From Candidatus Buchananbacteria bacterium (lineage in GTDB: Bacteria; Patescibacteriota; Patescibacteriia; 2-01-FULL-39-33), in assembly GCA_041665065.1 (NCBI GenBank), contig JBAYJM010000003.1, positions 5,183-69,182 of the forward strand: 64,000 bases of DNA, in the 5' to 3' direction. A program made the position numbers and the translations under genes. Under the pieces are notes generated by a model. That model was not told the origin of the DNA and ran no database searches. It saw only the letters and a list, made by a program, of their open reading frames with translations. Positions 30,180 to 40,049 of this stretch are shown in pieces; within the stretch, counting starts at the first letter, position 1, and each line of letters opens with the position of its first letter.

Positions 30180-30758
30180 CTATTTACCAATAAGTACGGC
30201 GTCAATGCCCTGTATCACTCCATTAGATGCTATGAGATCTGGGGCTATAATTTTAGCCCCATTTATAGTAATGACATTATCAGTACCTCCTATCGAAACC
30301 GTCGTATTATTTATACTCTCGAATGAATCACCAGCCCGTAGACTATCCTTTAGACGGGCTCCACTTACAATGTGGTTTTGCAAAACCTTAACTAAAAACT
30401 GCCTATCATTTACTAGCCTCTGTGCGGTTTTTTGATCAATTTTTCCAAACGCCTTATCGGTTGGCATAAAGATGGTATATGGTCCACCCACATTGAATGA
30501 CCCGTCTAGCCCAGACTGCAACATAGCAACAAAAAAAGTATTAAAATTACCCGTCGCACGTGCCAAAGACACAATATCCATGAGCTCGATATTATTGTTC
30601 TGGCTTGTAGATGATGTGGCGTCGATTTGCAAATTGTTATTAGTTGTTTGAGACAATTGTTTAAAATTATTTTCTTTTTGGCCATTTGGATAAAAAATAC
30701 CCAAACTGACAACCACAACAACTATAATTATTCCCAAAATTAAAATCATCGCCCTCAT
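30180..30758 (-). CDS. Fasciclin (FAS1) domain protein, membrane anchored
   Basis: YTIFMPTDKAF (H1), LQNHIV, ASNGVIQGIDAVL (H2). Confidence 0.9.
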   Translation of the reverse strand: MRAMILILGIIIVVVVVSLGIFYPNGQKENNFKQLSQTTNNNLQIDATSSTSQNNNIELMDIVSLARATGNFNTFFVAMLQSGLDGSFNVGGPYTIFMPTDKAFGKIDQKTAQRLVNDRQFLVKVLQNHIVSGARLKDSLRAGDSFESINNTTVSIGGTDNVITINGAKIIAPDLIASNGVIQGIDAVLIGK

Positions 30759-30847
30759 AATGATTTATTTTATTTATAACTTTCAATAACATAGCTAAAA
30801 CAAGTTAAAACCCTATTAAAGATGAAGTGGACAATTTTTTTACCCAA

Positions 30848-30975
30848 ACAAAAAGGCACTCGCCTACTCGTTTGTGCCCCCTTGCACGACGCCAAAGCGT
30901 CGCCCATTTCACCTCACCCCCTTGGCAGAACCAGCCCTGCCAATGTCAGATATTGGTATTACATTTACGTCGTTT
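30848..30975 (-). ncRNA. Orphan GC-rich structured RNA candidate
   Basis: Three to four hairpins whose G-U extensions favour the minus strand, ending in a hairpin plus U-tract; no family recognised. Confidence 0.45.
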
Positions 30976-31045
30976 TTTAATCAAAATCTACTAAAAGAAC
31001 TAGTTAAAGCTATTATATACTAATAATCATTAAAGCATCATTAAT

Positions 31046-31420
31046 TTAAACCGAGGTGGCGTTAATTAATACGCTTATAACAAAGGAAACAATTGCATAA
31101 GATGATAAAACAAGTATTAACCCAATAATCGCATTAAATAAAGCACTTCTGGCCTTTTTTATTTTTTCTTCATCTCCACCTGCGACCATCCACCTAAAAC
31201 CGCTTAAAATTATCAGCAATACGGCAATTAATACGATCAAACTTAGAAATATCCTAACCAGTCTTGATATGAAAGTTATCAAATCAACATTTGGCAATCC
31301 AAAAGTCCCCGCTTCTAGTAAGCCAACATTTACCGCAGACTGCCCAAACGTTAATGAAGGACAGAAAAAAAGTAAAATTAAAATACTAACTACAATATGG
31401 TTGAAATAATTTTTTTTCAT
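31046..31420 (-). CDS. VirB2/TrbC-like pilin of the CPR type
   Basis: Signal region, IILSGFRWMVAGGDEEKIKKAR, NAIIGLILVLSSYAI; start moved to ATG at 31420. Confidence 0.85.
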   Translation of the reverse strand: MKKNYFNHIVVSILILLFFCPSLTFGQSAVNVGLLEAGTFGLPNVDLITFISRLVRIFLSLIVLIAVLLIILSGFRWMVAGGDEEKIKKARSALFNAIIGLILVLSSYAIVSFVISVLINATSV

Positions 31421-31641
31421 AAGTTTTTGCCTAATAACACTTAACGCTGGCTCACCATCAAAATGACTAAACAAAAAAAACGCCTTCTGCCAAAGGTGTT
31501 TTTATTGCGATTTTTATCTTTTAATAACTTAATTTATAAAAAATTAAGTATAATAATTTTAATCCTGCTCGTCTATTATATATCAACTGAAAATAATTAA
31601 AAAATTAAATAGAAATTATTGTTCAGATAATTTATAACCGT

Positions 31642-32430
31642 ATGTCAAAAGCAGCATTTTTTGTTTTATTAATCACCTCAATTATTTTTCTTTTCTACGG
31701 CATACACTTGAGCATAGCCAAACAGAATGAAAATGGCGCCCTGCTCTATCCTCTATATGCCAATGATTTCAAAGCCATAAAAACAGATGTTGTTCAAAAA
31801 ATAGCTAGCATCCCAAAGAATACAAATATTAACGACAAGACAAAACTGATTATACATGACGTAGGATTTATCTCTCAAGCCCCCAGGGGTAATTGGAGCG
31901 ATGCGAGATTGCAGGATGGCTGCGAAGAAGCATCATCGTTAATGGCTTTTAATTGGGCCACAAAACAAAATAACCTAAGTGCGATTAAGGCGGAAGAGAA
32001 AATAGTCAGCATATCAAACTGGGAGAAACAAAAGATTGGCATTTTTAAAGATACCTCGGTACAAGATACTGCCGACAAAATATTGAGCGATAATCTAGGA
32101 TTTAATAATTACGAAGTTAAAAAAGATATTTCCATCAATGATATAAAAAATGAAATTTACAATGGAAATATAATTATAATTCCAGCCGATGGCAGAAAGC
32201 TAAATAACCCAAACTTTCGTCCTCCGGGGCCACTACATCACATGTTGCTGATTATTGGCTATGATCCAGGTAAAAAGGAATTTATTACAAACGATCCCGG
32301 AACAAGACTGGGAGAAAAATATCGCTATAGTGAAAAAATTATAGATAATGCCCTAAGAGACTATCCGACGGGAAACCACCTTAAAACAAACGAGATTAAA
32401 AAAAATATTATTGTTGTAAAACAGCTATAG
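31642..32430 (+). CDS. C39-like cysteine peptidase, exported
   Basis: N-terminal TM/signal, SQAP, GCEEAS, PLHHML, NDPG; paralog of 11243-12061. Confidence 0.8.
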   Translation: MSKAAFFVLLITSIIFLFYGIHLSIAKQNENGALLYPLYANDFKAIKTDVVQKIASIPKNTNINDKTKLIIHDVGFISQAPRGNWSDARLQDGCEEASSLMAFNWATKQNNLSAIKAEEKIVSISNWEKQKIGIFKDTSVQDTADKILSDNLGFNNYEVKKDISINDIKNEIYNGNIIIIPADGRKLNNPNFRPPGPLHHMLLIIGYDPGKKEFITNDPGTRLGEKYRYSEKIIDNALRDYPTGNHLKTNEIKKNIIVVKQL

Positions 32431-32505
32431 GACTGCTCATAACCATGGTGAAAGGTGAAAAAACATTTTTACAGAGTGGCCAAACCGCTACTGAACTGCT
32501 ACGAA

Positions 32506-35500
32506 TTATAATTTTTCCTTAGGATTAATTACTGTAGCAAAAATAATTGGAACTATAAATAATGTTAAAAATGAAGAGATGGTTAGTCCAAAAATAACTG
32601 CGCTTCCAAGTGATTTCCAAACATCATTAGATAATGTTATAGGAATCAAGCCCAAAATCGTACAGATTGAAGTAATAAATATAGCCTCTAGCCTTGATTT
32701 TCCTGCATCAACAATTGATTCAGTAAATTCTATATCGTGCTTTAAATTTAAATTTATTTTATCAATTAGAATAATAGCATTTTTTACCACAATTCCAAAC
32801 AAAGCCAACACACCAATAAGCCCCGGAAAACTCAAAGTAATCCTTGATATAGCAAGTCCGAAGAATACGCCGATAAGCGCTAATGGGATTGTCATCAAAA
32901 CAATAAATGATTTCTTAAATGAATTAAACTGAATAACTAATGTTGAGATAATTAACACAAAAGCAATTATCATGGCGTACAAAATGGAAGTGACTGATTC
33001 CGTATTCTGTTCATTTTCACCGCCATAAACAATACTATAACCGCTTGGCAATTTATAATTTTTAGCAACTAAATCCTGGAATTTCTTTACTACATCATTT
33101 GGCCTTGTCTTGCCTTCAACTCCCGCAGATAAGAGAACTGCTGATTTTTGATCAATACGAGTTAAAGAATTTACTGAAGGCGTCAACTTGATGGTTGCAA
33201 CATCTTTTAAAAATACTGGCTGTTTTCGGTTATTTATAATTTGTAAGTTTTCAATTGCTTCAAGATTGGGAATTTTATTTTCATCAAAAGTTGCGTTTAC
33301 ATCAATTTCTTTTCCATCCCTGATAACTGTAGTAATTTTTGTGCCGGCAATTGCCATTCTCATAACACCACCAACTGATGCGGAGTTTAAATTATAAAAT
33401 TCCATTTTAATCGGATCAAGAAAAAAAGTATATTCTGCTGGCGCTTCCTTAAGAGATACTTCAGAATCAACTACGCCGGGTATTGAGTCCAAATACGGCT
33501 TTAAATCATTAGCAATCTTATCAATAGTTTGTAAATCCTTGCCATATACTCTGGCTTCAAATGCCGCTCCAGCTGGCGGACCGGAAGAAGGATTTGCCAA
33601 GGTAATAGTTGCGCCTTTTATATCCTTGATATCGTCTCTTATTGCATTTGCCAATTCAAAAGATTTGAGTTTCCTATCTTTTTTATCTTTTAAATTTATT
33701 GTAATGGAAGCAACATGAGATGACTGCGAAGATCCGCCACTGAGAAATGAACTTCCTCCACCGCTACCAACAACCGTATCGAAACTCACTATCTCGGGAT
33801 ATTTCAAAAGCTTTTCTTCAACTTTTATAACGATGGAGTTTGTAACATTAACATTGGTTCCAATCGGTGCTTCAATACCTAAGCTAAGCGTAGTTTGATC
33901 AGAAACAGGAAAAAATTCGGTTGCCACAATTCCTGTTGCAAGCAATGCCGAACCGGCGATAAATAATGCAAAAGCGATTCCAATTACCGTAAACCTTATT
34001 TTTTTTGTTGACAATAGCTTCCTTAAAGTCCTCTCATACCATGGCAGAATTAATTCCATACTGATAAAGCCATTCATAACTCTTCCCCAAATAGTCTTAT
34101 GCTCCGTATGTGATTTTGTATTTAACTTTTCTTTAATTAAATCGTCATTTTCTGATTCAAGCTCAATGAGTTTTTTATTTTCTTCAAATTTTGATTTTAA
34201 ATTTTTCTTCTTGTAAAAAAATACCATAAAAATCACCAAGCCAACCAAAACGATTCCAGCAATAATTCCAATTGGATTTTTTGTTGATAATGCAAATATA
34301 GCAATGGCAATCAAAACACCGATTGCAACAAAATATGATTTTTTTGTAATTCTTGATCTTTCAAGCGTTGCCGCCAATGGAGGATTTATGACTAAGGCAA
34401 CTATAAGCGAGGTTATAAGTGTTACTGATACCGTAATTGGGATTGATTTTATAAATTCACCAATAATTCCGGTTGAAAGAAGCAGGGGCAAGAATGCCCA
34501 AACCGTGGCTAAAGTAGTTGTCAGTAACACGCCTTTATAGTCTCTTAAGACCAGCAACACAGCCTCCTCAGGAGTAAATTTGCCAGTCTTCATATATTGT
34601 TTTGTTGCCGTCACAACCACAATCGCATCATCAACAAGCAACCCCAAAGCCAGCAACAATGAAAAAATAGAAAGAAAATTCAAGCTAATTCCAGATGCAA
34701 GCATAGTTCCAAAAGTAATAAAGAAAACAAGCGGAACGGCAAGACCAGCCACAAAAGCTTCCTTCAACCCGACGATTAAAAGTAAAACACCAAAAACCAA
34801 AATTATTGTAAGAATAAAATCATGCGTCAATTGCTCAAAGTTGTCATTTATATCTTTGGAAGCGTCAACAATTGTAGTTGTTTTTATATCAGGATATTGC
34901 TTAAGCTGTTCTTCCAAGGTTTTTTTGCCCGACTCAACTGTCTGAGGAATTGATTGTCCAACTTTTTTAATAATACTTAAAGTTACTGCTTGTTCAGGCG
35001 CTTGACCATTTGCTGATAACCTTGAAAAGACAGTTTTTTTAATTGCCTTTTCCTGGACTCTGGCAATATCTTTTAGATATACGATTCCGCCATTATCAGT
35101 ATGTAAAATAGGAATATTCCCAAGAGCCTCGGCGTCAAAAAATCGCGAATCCGTCCTGATTGAATAATTGAATTCACTACCTTCAAAGGTTCCGGCTGGG
35201 ACTGCTAAATTTGTGGCTCTAACTAATTGATTGGCAGAGTCAGTTGAAAGTGAAAACTGAACAAGCTTGTCGGGATCATAGGCAATCTGAAATTCCTTTT
35301 CATCGCCTCCGGAAACCTGGACTTCTCTAACGCCAGGGATTTTTTCTAATTCATCCTTGATATCATCACCAATTCCCCTAAGAGTAAATCCGTCGTATGG
35401 ACCGGTTATGGTAAACGTCCATATTGGTGAATCATCCAAAGAAATTTCTGTAACAACAGCATCATTAGCATCTTGAGGCAGATTGTTTTGTATTGAATTC

Positions 35501-35943
35501 ACTTGGTCTTTCAAACGCCTTATGGCATCATCAACGTTTTCATTTGCATCAAATTCAACCGTAATGGCGCTTAGAGAATTGGCAGAATTTGAAGTGATTT
35601 TTTTTATTCCCTTGACTCCGGAAATTCCTGTTTCAATTTTTTTTGTTACAAGCTCTTCCATGTCTGCCGGTGAAACTCCCGGATAAACATCTGTCACAAT
35701 AGCAATTGGAATTTTTACTTCGGGATTTGATTCTCTTGGTAAATTTACAAAAGAATAAATGCCCCAGGCGGAAATTAGCAGCAAAAGCAAAAAAACCACC
35801 TTTATATTTTTAACAAAGAAATATAAAAATCCTTTTTTAAGTGACTTATCAAAAGTCAGATTTTCTAAGTATTTATAATCACTAGATTTTTCTTCACCCG
35901 ATAAATTGGCGGGTTCCGCTATTAATTTGATTTCTTCTGGCAT
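32506..35943 (-). CDS. RND efflux permease, AcrB/SwrC-like
   Basis: 1145 aa, YPGVSPADME, LGLLVDDAIVV, GIVVKNAIILID, SRLEAIFIT. Confidence 0.95.
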   Translation of the reverse strand: MPEEIKLIAEPANLSGEEKSSDYKYLENLTFDKSLKKGFLYFFVKNIKVVFLLLLLISAWGIYSFVNLPRESNPEVKIPIAIVTDVYPGVSPADMEELVTKKIETGISGVKGIKKITSNSANSLSAITVEFDANENVDDAIRRLKDQVNSIQNNLPQDANDAVVTEISLDDSPIWTFTITGPYDGFTLRGIGDDIKDELEKIPGVREVQVSGGDEKEFQIAYDPDKLVQFSLSTDSANQLVRATNLAVPAGTFEGSEFNYSIRTDSRFFDAEALGNIPILHTDNGGIVYLKDIARVQEKAIKKTVFSRLSANGQAPEQAVTLSIIKKVGQSIPQTVESGKKTLEEQLKQYPDIKTTTIVDASKDINDNFEQLTHDFILTIILVFGVLLLIVGLKEAFVAGLAVPLVFFITFGTMLASGISLNFLSIFSLLLALGLLVDDAIVVVTATKQYMKTGKFTPEEAVLLVLRDYKGVLLTTTLATVWAFLPLLLSTGIIGEFIKSIPITVSVTLITSLIVALVINPPLAATLERSRITKKSYFVAIGVLIAIAIFALSTKNPIGIIAGIVLVGLVIFMVFFYKKKNLKSKFEENKKLIELESENDDLIKEKLNTKSHTEHKTIWGRVMNGFISMELILPWYERTLRKLLSTKKIRFTVIGIAFALFIAGSALLATGIVATEFFPVSDQTTLSLGIEAPIGTNVNVTNSIVIKVEEKLLKYPEIVSFDTVVGSGGGSSFLSGGSSQSSHVASITINLKDKKDRKLKSFELANAIRDDIKDIKGATITLANPSSGPPAGAAFEARVYGKDLQTIDKIANDLKPYLDSIPGVVDSEVSLKEAPAEYTFFLDPIKMEFYNLNSASVGGVMRMAIAGTKITTVIRDGKEIDVNATFDENKIPNLEAIENLQIINNRKQPVFLKDVATIKLTPSVNSLTRIDQKSAVLLSAGVEGKTRPNDVVKKFQDLVAKNYKLPSGYSIVYGGENEQNTESVTSILYAMIIAFVLIISTLVIQFNSFKKSFIVLMTIPLALIGVFFGLAISRITLSFPGLIGVLALFGIVVKNAIILIDKINLNLKHDIEFTESIVDAGKSRLEAIFITSICTILGLIPITLSNDVWKSLGSAVIFGLTISSFLTLFIVPIIFATVINPKEKL

Positions 35944-35944
35944 A

Positions 35945-37738
35945 TCATTTACTTTGATTTATTTCGGTACTTGTTACTATCCTAACTTCATCACCCTCTT
36001 TGACCAATCTATTGCCTGAAATAATTATTTTAGTATCCAGCGGGAGTGTTGTACTTGCATTAACATTAATTTGAGCATTTTCACCATCCACACCCAACAC
36101 ATTAACAATTTTCTTTTTAGCCCTGCCATTATCATACAAAAATATATAGCTTTCATTTTGTCCCACATTAACTGCGGTTATTGGTATAAATATTGCTCCC
36201 GGCTTATCTGAAACTCTTGTTATTTCAAAAGAAATGGATACTATAATCCCCGGATTGGGCAGATTGGGAACAGACTCGCTTTCAAAATCAGCTTCAACTA
36301 AAAATCTTTTAGTTGTGGCGTCTGCTGATGGAGAGATACTTATAATTATTCCTTTAAAAATATTTCCGTTATTGTCCGTAATGGTGGCGGGCATACCGAC
36401 CTGCAAAGAGTTTATATACGTTTGATCTACATAAGTTTGTATTTTTAACTTTGCCGTCTGACTCATGACTGCGACAACCTGCCCAGGAGAAACCGTATCA
36501 CCGGCTGAGATCATCTTTTGGGTTATTGTTCCAGAAATCGGAGCCTTGATTGTTAAATTATCAACCTGAATTCTGCTTAAATTCATCTGTCCGGCCAACA
36601 AATCAACTTGGCTTTGAGCACCATCAACCTGAGTTTTTCCGGCTGCCAAAACATTATTTAAATTTTGAGCCGCCGCATTTTCCTGTTGCTTTGCCAATTC
36701 ATATGCTTTCTGCAAACTGTCTATAGTTGAACTATTACTTAACTGGGTGTTTGATAAAGCCTGCTTAGCGCCATTAATTTGACCCAAAGCACCATTTATC
36801 TGATTTTGATAAGCAGACACCGCTGCTTGCAAACCCGATAATGATGAACCGCTCGCAGAACTCTGCGGCAAATCAGTTGAAGTAATTGTATTTTGCAATA
36901 ATACCTGAGTTGCATTTACCAACTGTTGGACTGATGTAGCCAAATCTTTTACCGCATCAACTTTATCGCCAACACTGGAAAAGGTTTTGCCTTGATATGA
37001 TTTCAATTTGTTATTAGCTGTCAAAAAGCTGCTCTTGGCATTAGATAATGATTCGCTGTTTAAAGCTCCTAAATTTTTCTCATAACTAACAGAGACCTCA
37101 TTGTTCTCATTAAAGCCAGTTATGTTATTTATGCCTACAACGATAGAAGAGCTTATTCCCGCAACACTATCGGCTGTAACATCAGCATTTGTGACAATAT
37201 CATCTTCTGATTGACTAGAAATATTTTTTCTATTTTCCAACGAAAGCCTTGCCTGTTCTGTGGCAATTTTAGACGTATCATAGGCTATTTGCGCCGATTT
37301 AAATGACTGTTCTGATGTATTGGCAATATTTTGTTTGGAAATAAGGGCATTGCCCAGTGCAGTTACTGTATTTTGATAATTCGCTTTTGCCGGATTTGCA
37401 TCTACGCTATCGATTCTTGCAAGCACCTGGTCAGAAAAAATTTTATCTCCCACCTTAAAATCCAATCCTGAAATATTTCCCGAACCTTTTGAAACTATTT
37501 TTACCTCTTGGTCAGAAACCACCAAGCCCGGATATCTAACTGTTTGTTTTAAAACTCCCCTATCGGCCATAGTTACAATACTTACCTCCTTAATGGCGAC
37601 AATGGTATCTTGACCTACACCCTGTTTATTATTTTTTAAAGCAAAAACAAAAATAACAATAATTAAAATAATAACTACTATTATTCCAACAAGGACTTTA
37701 AATTTGTGCTTTTTGATACTAACAGAAAATTTTGACAT
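35945..37738 (-). CDS. RND membrane fusion protein with long coiled coil
   Basis: TM anchor, lipoyl-like halves (KVGDKI; IKAPISGTI), extended helical hairpin. Confidence 0.9.
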   Translation of the reverse strand: MSKFSVSIKKHKFKVLVGIIVVIILIIVIFVFALKNNKQGVGQDTIVAIKEVSIVTMADRGVLKQTVRYPGLVVSDQEVKIVSKGSGNISGLDFKVGDKIFSDQVLARIDSVDANPAKANYQNTVTALGNALISKQNIANTSEQSFKSAQIAYDTSKIATEQARLSLENRKNISSQSEDDIVTNADVTADSVAGISSSIVVGINNITGFNENNEVSVSYEKNLGALNSESLSNAKSSFLTANNKLKSYQGKTFSSVGDKVDAVKDLATSVQQLVNATQVLLQNTITSTDLPQSSASGSSLSGLQAAVSAYQNQINGALGQINGAKQALSNTQLSNSSTIDSLQKAYELAKQQENAAAQNLNNVLAAGKTQVDGAQSQVDLLAGQMNLSRIQVDNLTIKAPISGTITQKMISAGDTVSPGQVVAVMSQTAKLKIQTYVDQTYINSLQVGMPATITDNNGNIFKGIIISISPSADATTKRFLVEADFESESVPNLPNPGIIVSISFEITRVSDKPGAIFIPITAVNVGQNESYIFLYDNGRAKKKIVNVLGVDGENAQINVNASTTLPLDTKIIISGNRLVKEGDEVRIVTSTEINQSK

Positions 37739-37750
37739 AACAATTTGGAA

Positions 37751-38344
37751 TTAAATATTTTTTATATTATTTAAAATTAAATCTATATATTTATCTCTTG
37801 TTTCCGTTTTAGTAAAATCTACTCCCCAAAATTTATAGGCATATTGGCCAATAACCAATGGGTGCACAATTGAAGAAAATAACTGAAAAACCTTCATATT
37901 TATTATTTCCTGATCTTTAATGTCGGTTAATTCTCCAATAACCTTATTTAATTTTTGATAATTATCTTTCATAATCTGCATTAAAGCGGAGGGAAGGGCT
38001 TCATCTTTAATCATTTTTAAAACAGACCCCCTGAAAGCATCCGGACAACATAAATAATGATGGATAAATTCTTTTATAAATTTAATCAGCCGCTCCTGCG
38101 CCGATAATTTTTTATCCGATAACACAGCAAAAGATTTATCAAATTTTTCCATCAAGTAGCCGATCGCTTCATTAATGATGTTTTCCTTTGAGCCATAATG
38201 ATAGTTAATAGCCGCAACGTTGACATCTGCCAACTTCGCTATTTTTCTAATAGAAATACCAGCCAAACCTTCCGTTTTTATAATTTGGAGGGTAGCCTCG
38301 ATTATCCTTTCTTTGGCCTTTTTTTCTAATTTTATGTCTTTCAT
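37751..38344 (-). CDS. TetR/AcrR family regulator
   Basis: SIRKIAKLADVNVAAINYHYGSKENI helix-turn-helix. Confidence 0.93.
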   Translation of the reverse strand: MKDIKLEKKAKERIIEATLQIIKTEGLAGISIRKIAKLADVNVAAINYHYGSKENIINEAIGYLMEKFDKSFAVLSDKKLSAQERLIKFIKEFIHHYLCCPDAFRGSVLKMIKDEALPSALMQIMKDNYQKLNKVIGELTDIKDQEIINMKVFQLFSSIVHPLVIGQYAYKFWGVDFTKTETRDKYIDLILNNIKNI

Positions 38345-38352
38345 TTGGACAA

Positions 38353-38403
38353 TTTAAAACAATGTTTGAAATCACATTTTACCATTATTTTTGAATTTGT
38401 CAA
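38353..38403 (-). promoter_or_regulatory. Promoter and candidate TetR operator
   Basis: Minus strand TTGACA-16 nt-TAAAAT with extended TG; palindrome TTTAAAACAATGTTTGAAA at 38353-38371. Confidence 0.55.
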
Positions 38404-38535
38404 TAGACAGCCAATTAACCTAAATTGGCGCAAAACGATGAATAATCAAAATGGATTTAGACGAATAAAAGTTACCCAAATTTTGTGCCTACGAGTTGTC
38501 TAAAAAATTAATAAATTATTTTTTTACCTTATCCC

Positions 38536-38585
38536 AACACCAACAAAAAACCGCTAAAATATTTTGGCGGTTTTTTGTTGGTGTT
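38536..38585. terminator. Long 50-bp inverted repeat, terminator of the VOC gene
   Basis: AACACCAACAAAAAACCGCTAAAAT / ATTTTGGCGGTTTTTTGTTGGTGTT, one mismatch. Confidence 0.7.
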
Positions 38586-38588
38586 AAA

Positions 38589-38981
38589 TTACTGCGGTTG
38601 CCAATTTGTCGGCTGCATTATTCCAAACATATTACCCTCAGTATCAGCCGCTCTAATAAACCAGCCAATATCAGGTATTTCCATTTTTTCTCCATTAATC
38701 TTGCCTCCATTTTTCTTTACATTTTCAATCGCCTCATCAATATTTTCGACTGTCATTGTACAATCAAAAGTATTTAAGGGCTTGTCTTTGGGACGCTGAT
38801 ACATCCCACCATTGATTCCGGGGGTTCCTTTCTCACCAGTAGTAAGTCCCCAATAATCCATTCCGCCTTGATCTTTTGTCATCATCTGTTCGATTTTCCA
38901 GCCGAAAGTATTTTCATAAAAAGATTTCGCCCGATTAATATCATCTGCCTGGACTTCAAAATGCATAATACGATTTGGCAT
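38589..38981 (-). CDS. VOC/glyoxalase family protein
   Basis: HFEVQADD, FYENTFGW, GINGGM, DTEGNMFG. Confidence 0.9.
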   Translation of the reverse strand: MPNRIMHFEVQADDINRAKSFYENTFGWKIEQMMTKDQGGMDYWGLTTGEKGTPGINGGMYQRPKDKPLNTFDCTMTVENIDEAIENVKKNGGKINGEKMEIPDIGWFIRAADTEGNMFGIMQPTNWQPQ

Positions 38982-39042
38982 ATAATTTTAAATTATTAAT
39001 AATAAAATTATTATAAATAAGCATCTTGAAGTTAAGATTAAG

Positions 39043-39069
39043 AAAAAACGCCACTCAATAAGAGTGGCG
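39043..39069 (-). terminator. Intrinsic terminator after slipin gene
   Basis: CGCCACTC-AATAA-GAGTGGCG with U-tract on minus strand. Confidence 0.75.
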
Positions 39070-39092
39070 CCAAGCTGAATATAGTTTATTTA

Positions 39093-39854
39093 TTATAATT
39101 TAAAATCTGCTTTAACACTCTTAATGGCATCGGATACCGTACTCATGAATTGCGCTGGGAAAATTATGGTTGAATTTTTTTCTACGCTGATTTCCGCCAT
39201 TGTTTGAAGTGTCCTAAGTTGCAGGGCAACAGGATGAGCCGAAATAATATCAGCGGCTTCGCCTAATTTTACTGCGGCTTGGAATTCACCTTCAGCAGCT
39301 ACAATTTTAGCTCTACGTTCTCTCTCAGCTTCAGCTTCCTTAGCCATCGCCCTTTGCATGTTGTCAGGCAAAGTAATATCTTTTATTTCTACTGCAGTTA
39401 CCTGCGCCCCCCATGGTTCAGTATGGGCATCAATAACATTTTTAATCTGATCATTGATATCGGAGGTTTGTGACAATAATTGATCCAAGCTGAATCTTCC
39501 AACAACATTTCTTACCGTTGTTTGGCTGATCTGATTTACAGCCTGGTAAACATTTTCAATGGCGATTACTGCCTTAGTCGGATCAACTATATGATAATAG
39601 GCCACAGCCGCGATATCAATAGACACATTATCCTTGGTGATTATTTTCTGTGATGGAATATCCATAGTAACCGTCCTAAGCGGAACTCGTGACATCTGTT
39701 CAAAAATAGGAATTAAAAAAATAAGACCAGGACCCCTTACGCCCGTGTATTTTCCTAAAAAGAAAATAACGCCTCTCTCATATTGTTTGACAACCCTAAG
39801 CGATGAAAAAATTACAATAATGGCGATTACAACTATGATCCAAAATATTGTCAT
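39093..39854 (-). CDS. SPFH/band 7 (slipin) protein
   Basis: [38 protein letters not shown]. Confidence 0.95.
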   Translation of the reverse strand: MTIFWIIVVIAIIVIFSSLRVVKQYERGVIFFLGKYTGVRGPGLIFLIPIFEQMSRVPLRTVTMDIPSQKIITKDNVSIDIAAVAYYHIVDPTKAVIAIENVYQAVNQISQTTVRNVVGRFSLDQLLSQTSDINDQIKNVIDAHTEPWGAQVTAVEIKDITLPDNMQRAMAKEAEAERERRAKIVAAEGEFQAAVKLGEAADIISAHPVALQLRTLQTMAEISVEKNSTIIFPAQFMSTVSDAIKSVKADFKL

Positions 39855-40049
39855 AATTTTGTCTTTAATTAATTAATTTATCTAAAATTACAATAACAAT
39901 ATTTAACTATTTTGTCAAAATAAGAAAAATTTTAGATTAACTTAAAATACAATAATTAAACCGCTAATATTGTGATTTTATTAGAATTATCCTATAATAT
40001 ATAACTAATAAGCAAAAAAACTAACACCATAAAAGAAATTAATTTAGCC

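Noticed and set aside
27840-30845. Possible shared ECF promoter motif (GTAA...CATC/CGTC) upstream of the sigma, repeat and fasciclin genes
   Set aside because: Spacers vary from 14 to 18 nt in AT-rich DNA; cannot be supported by eye
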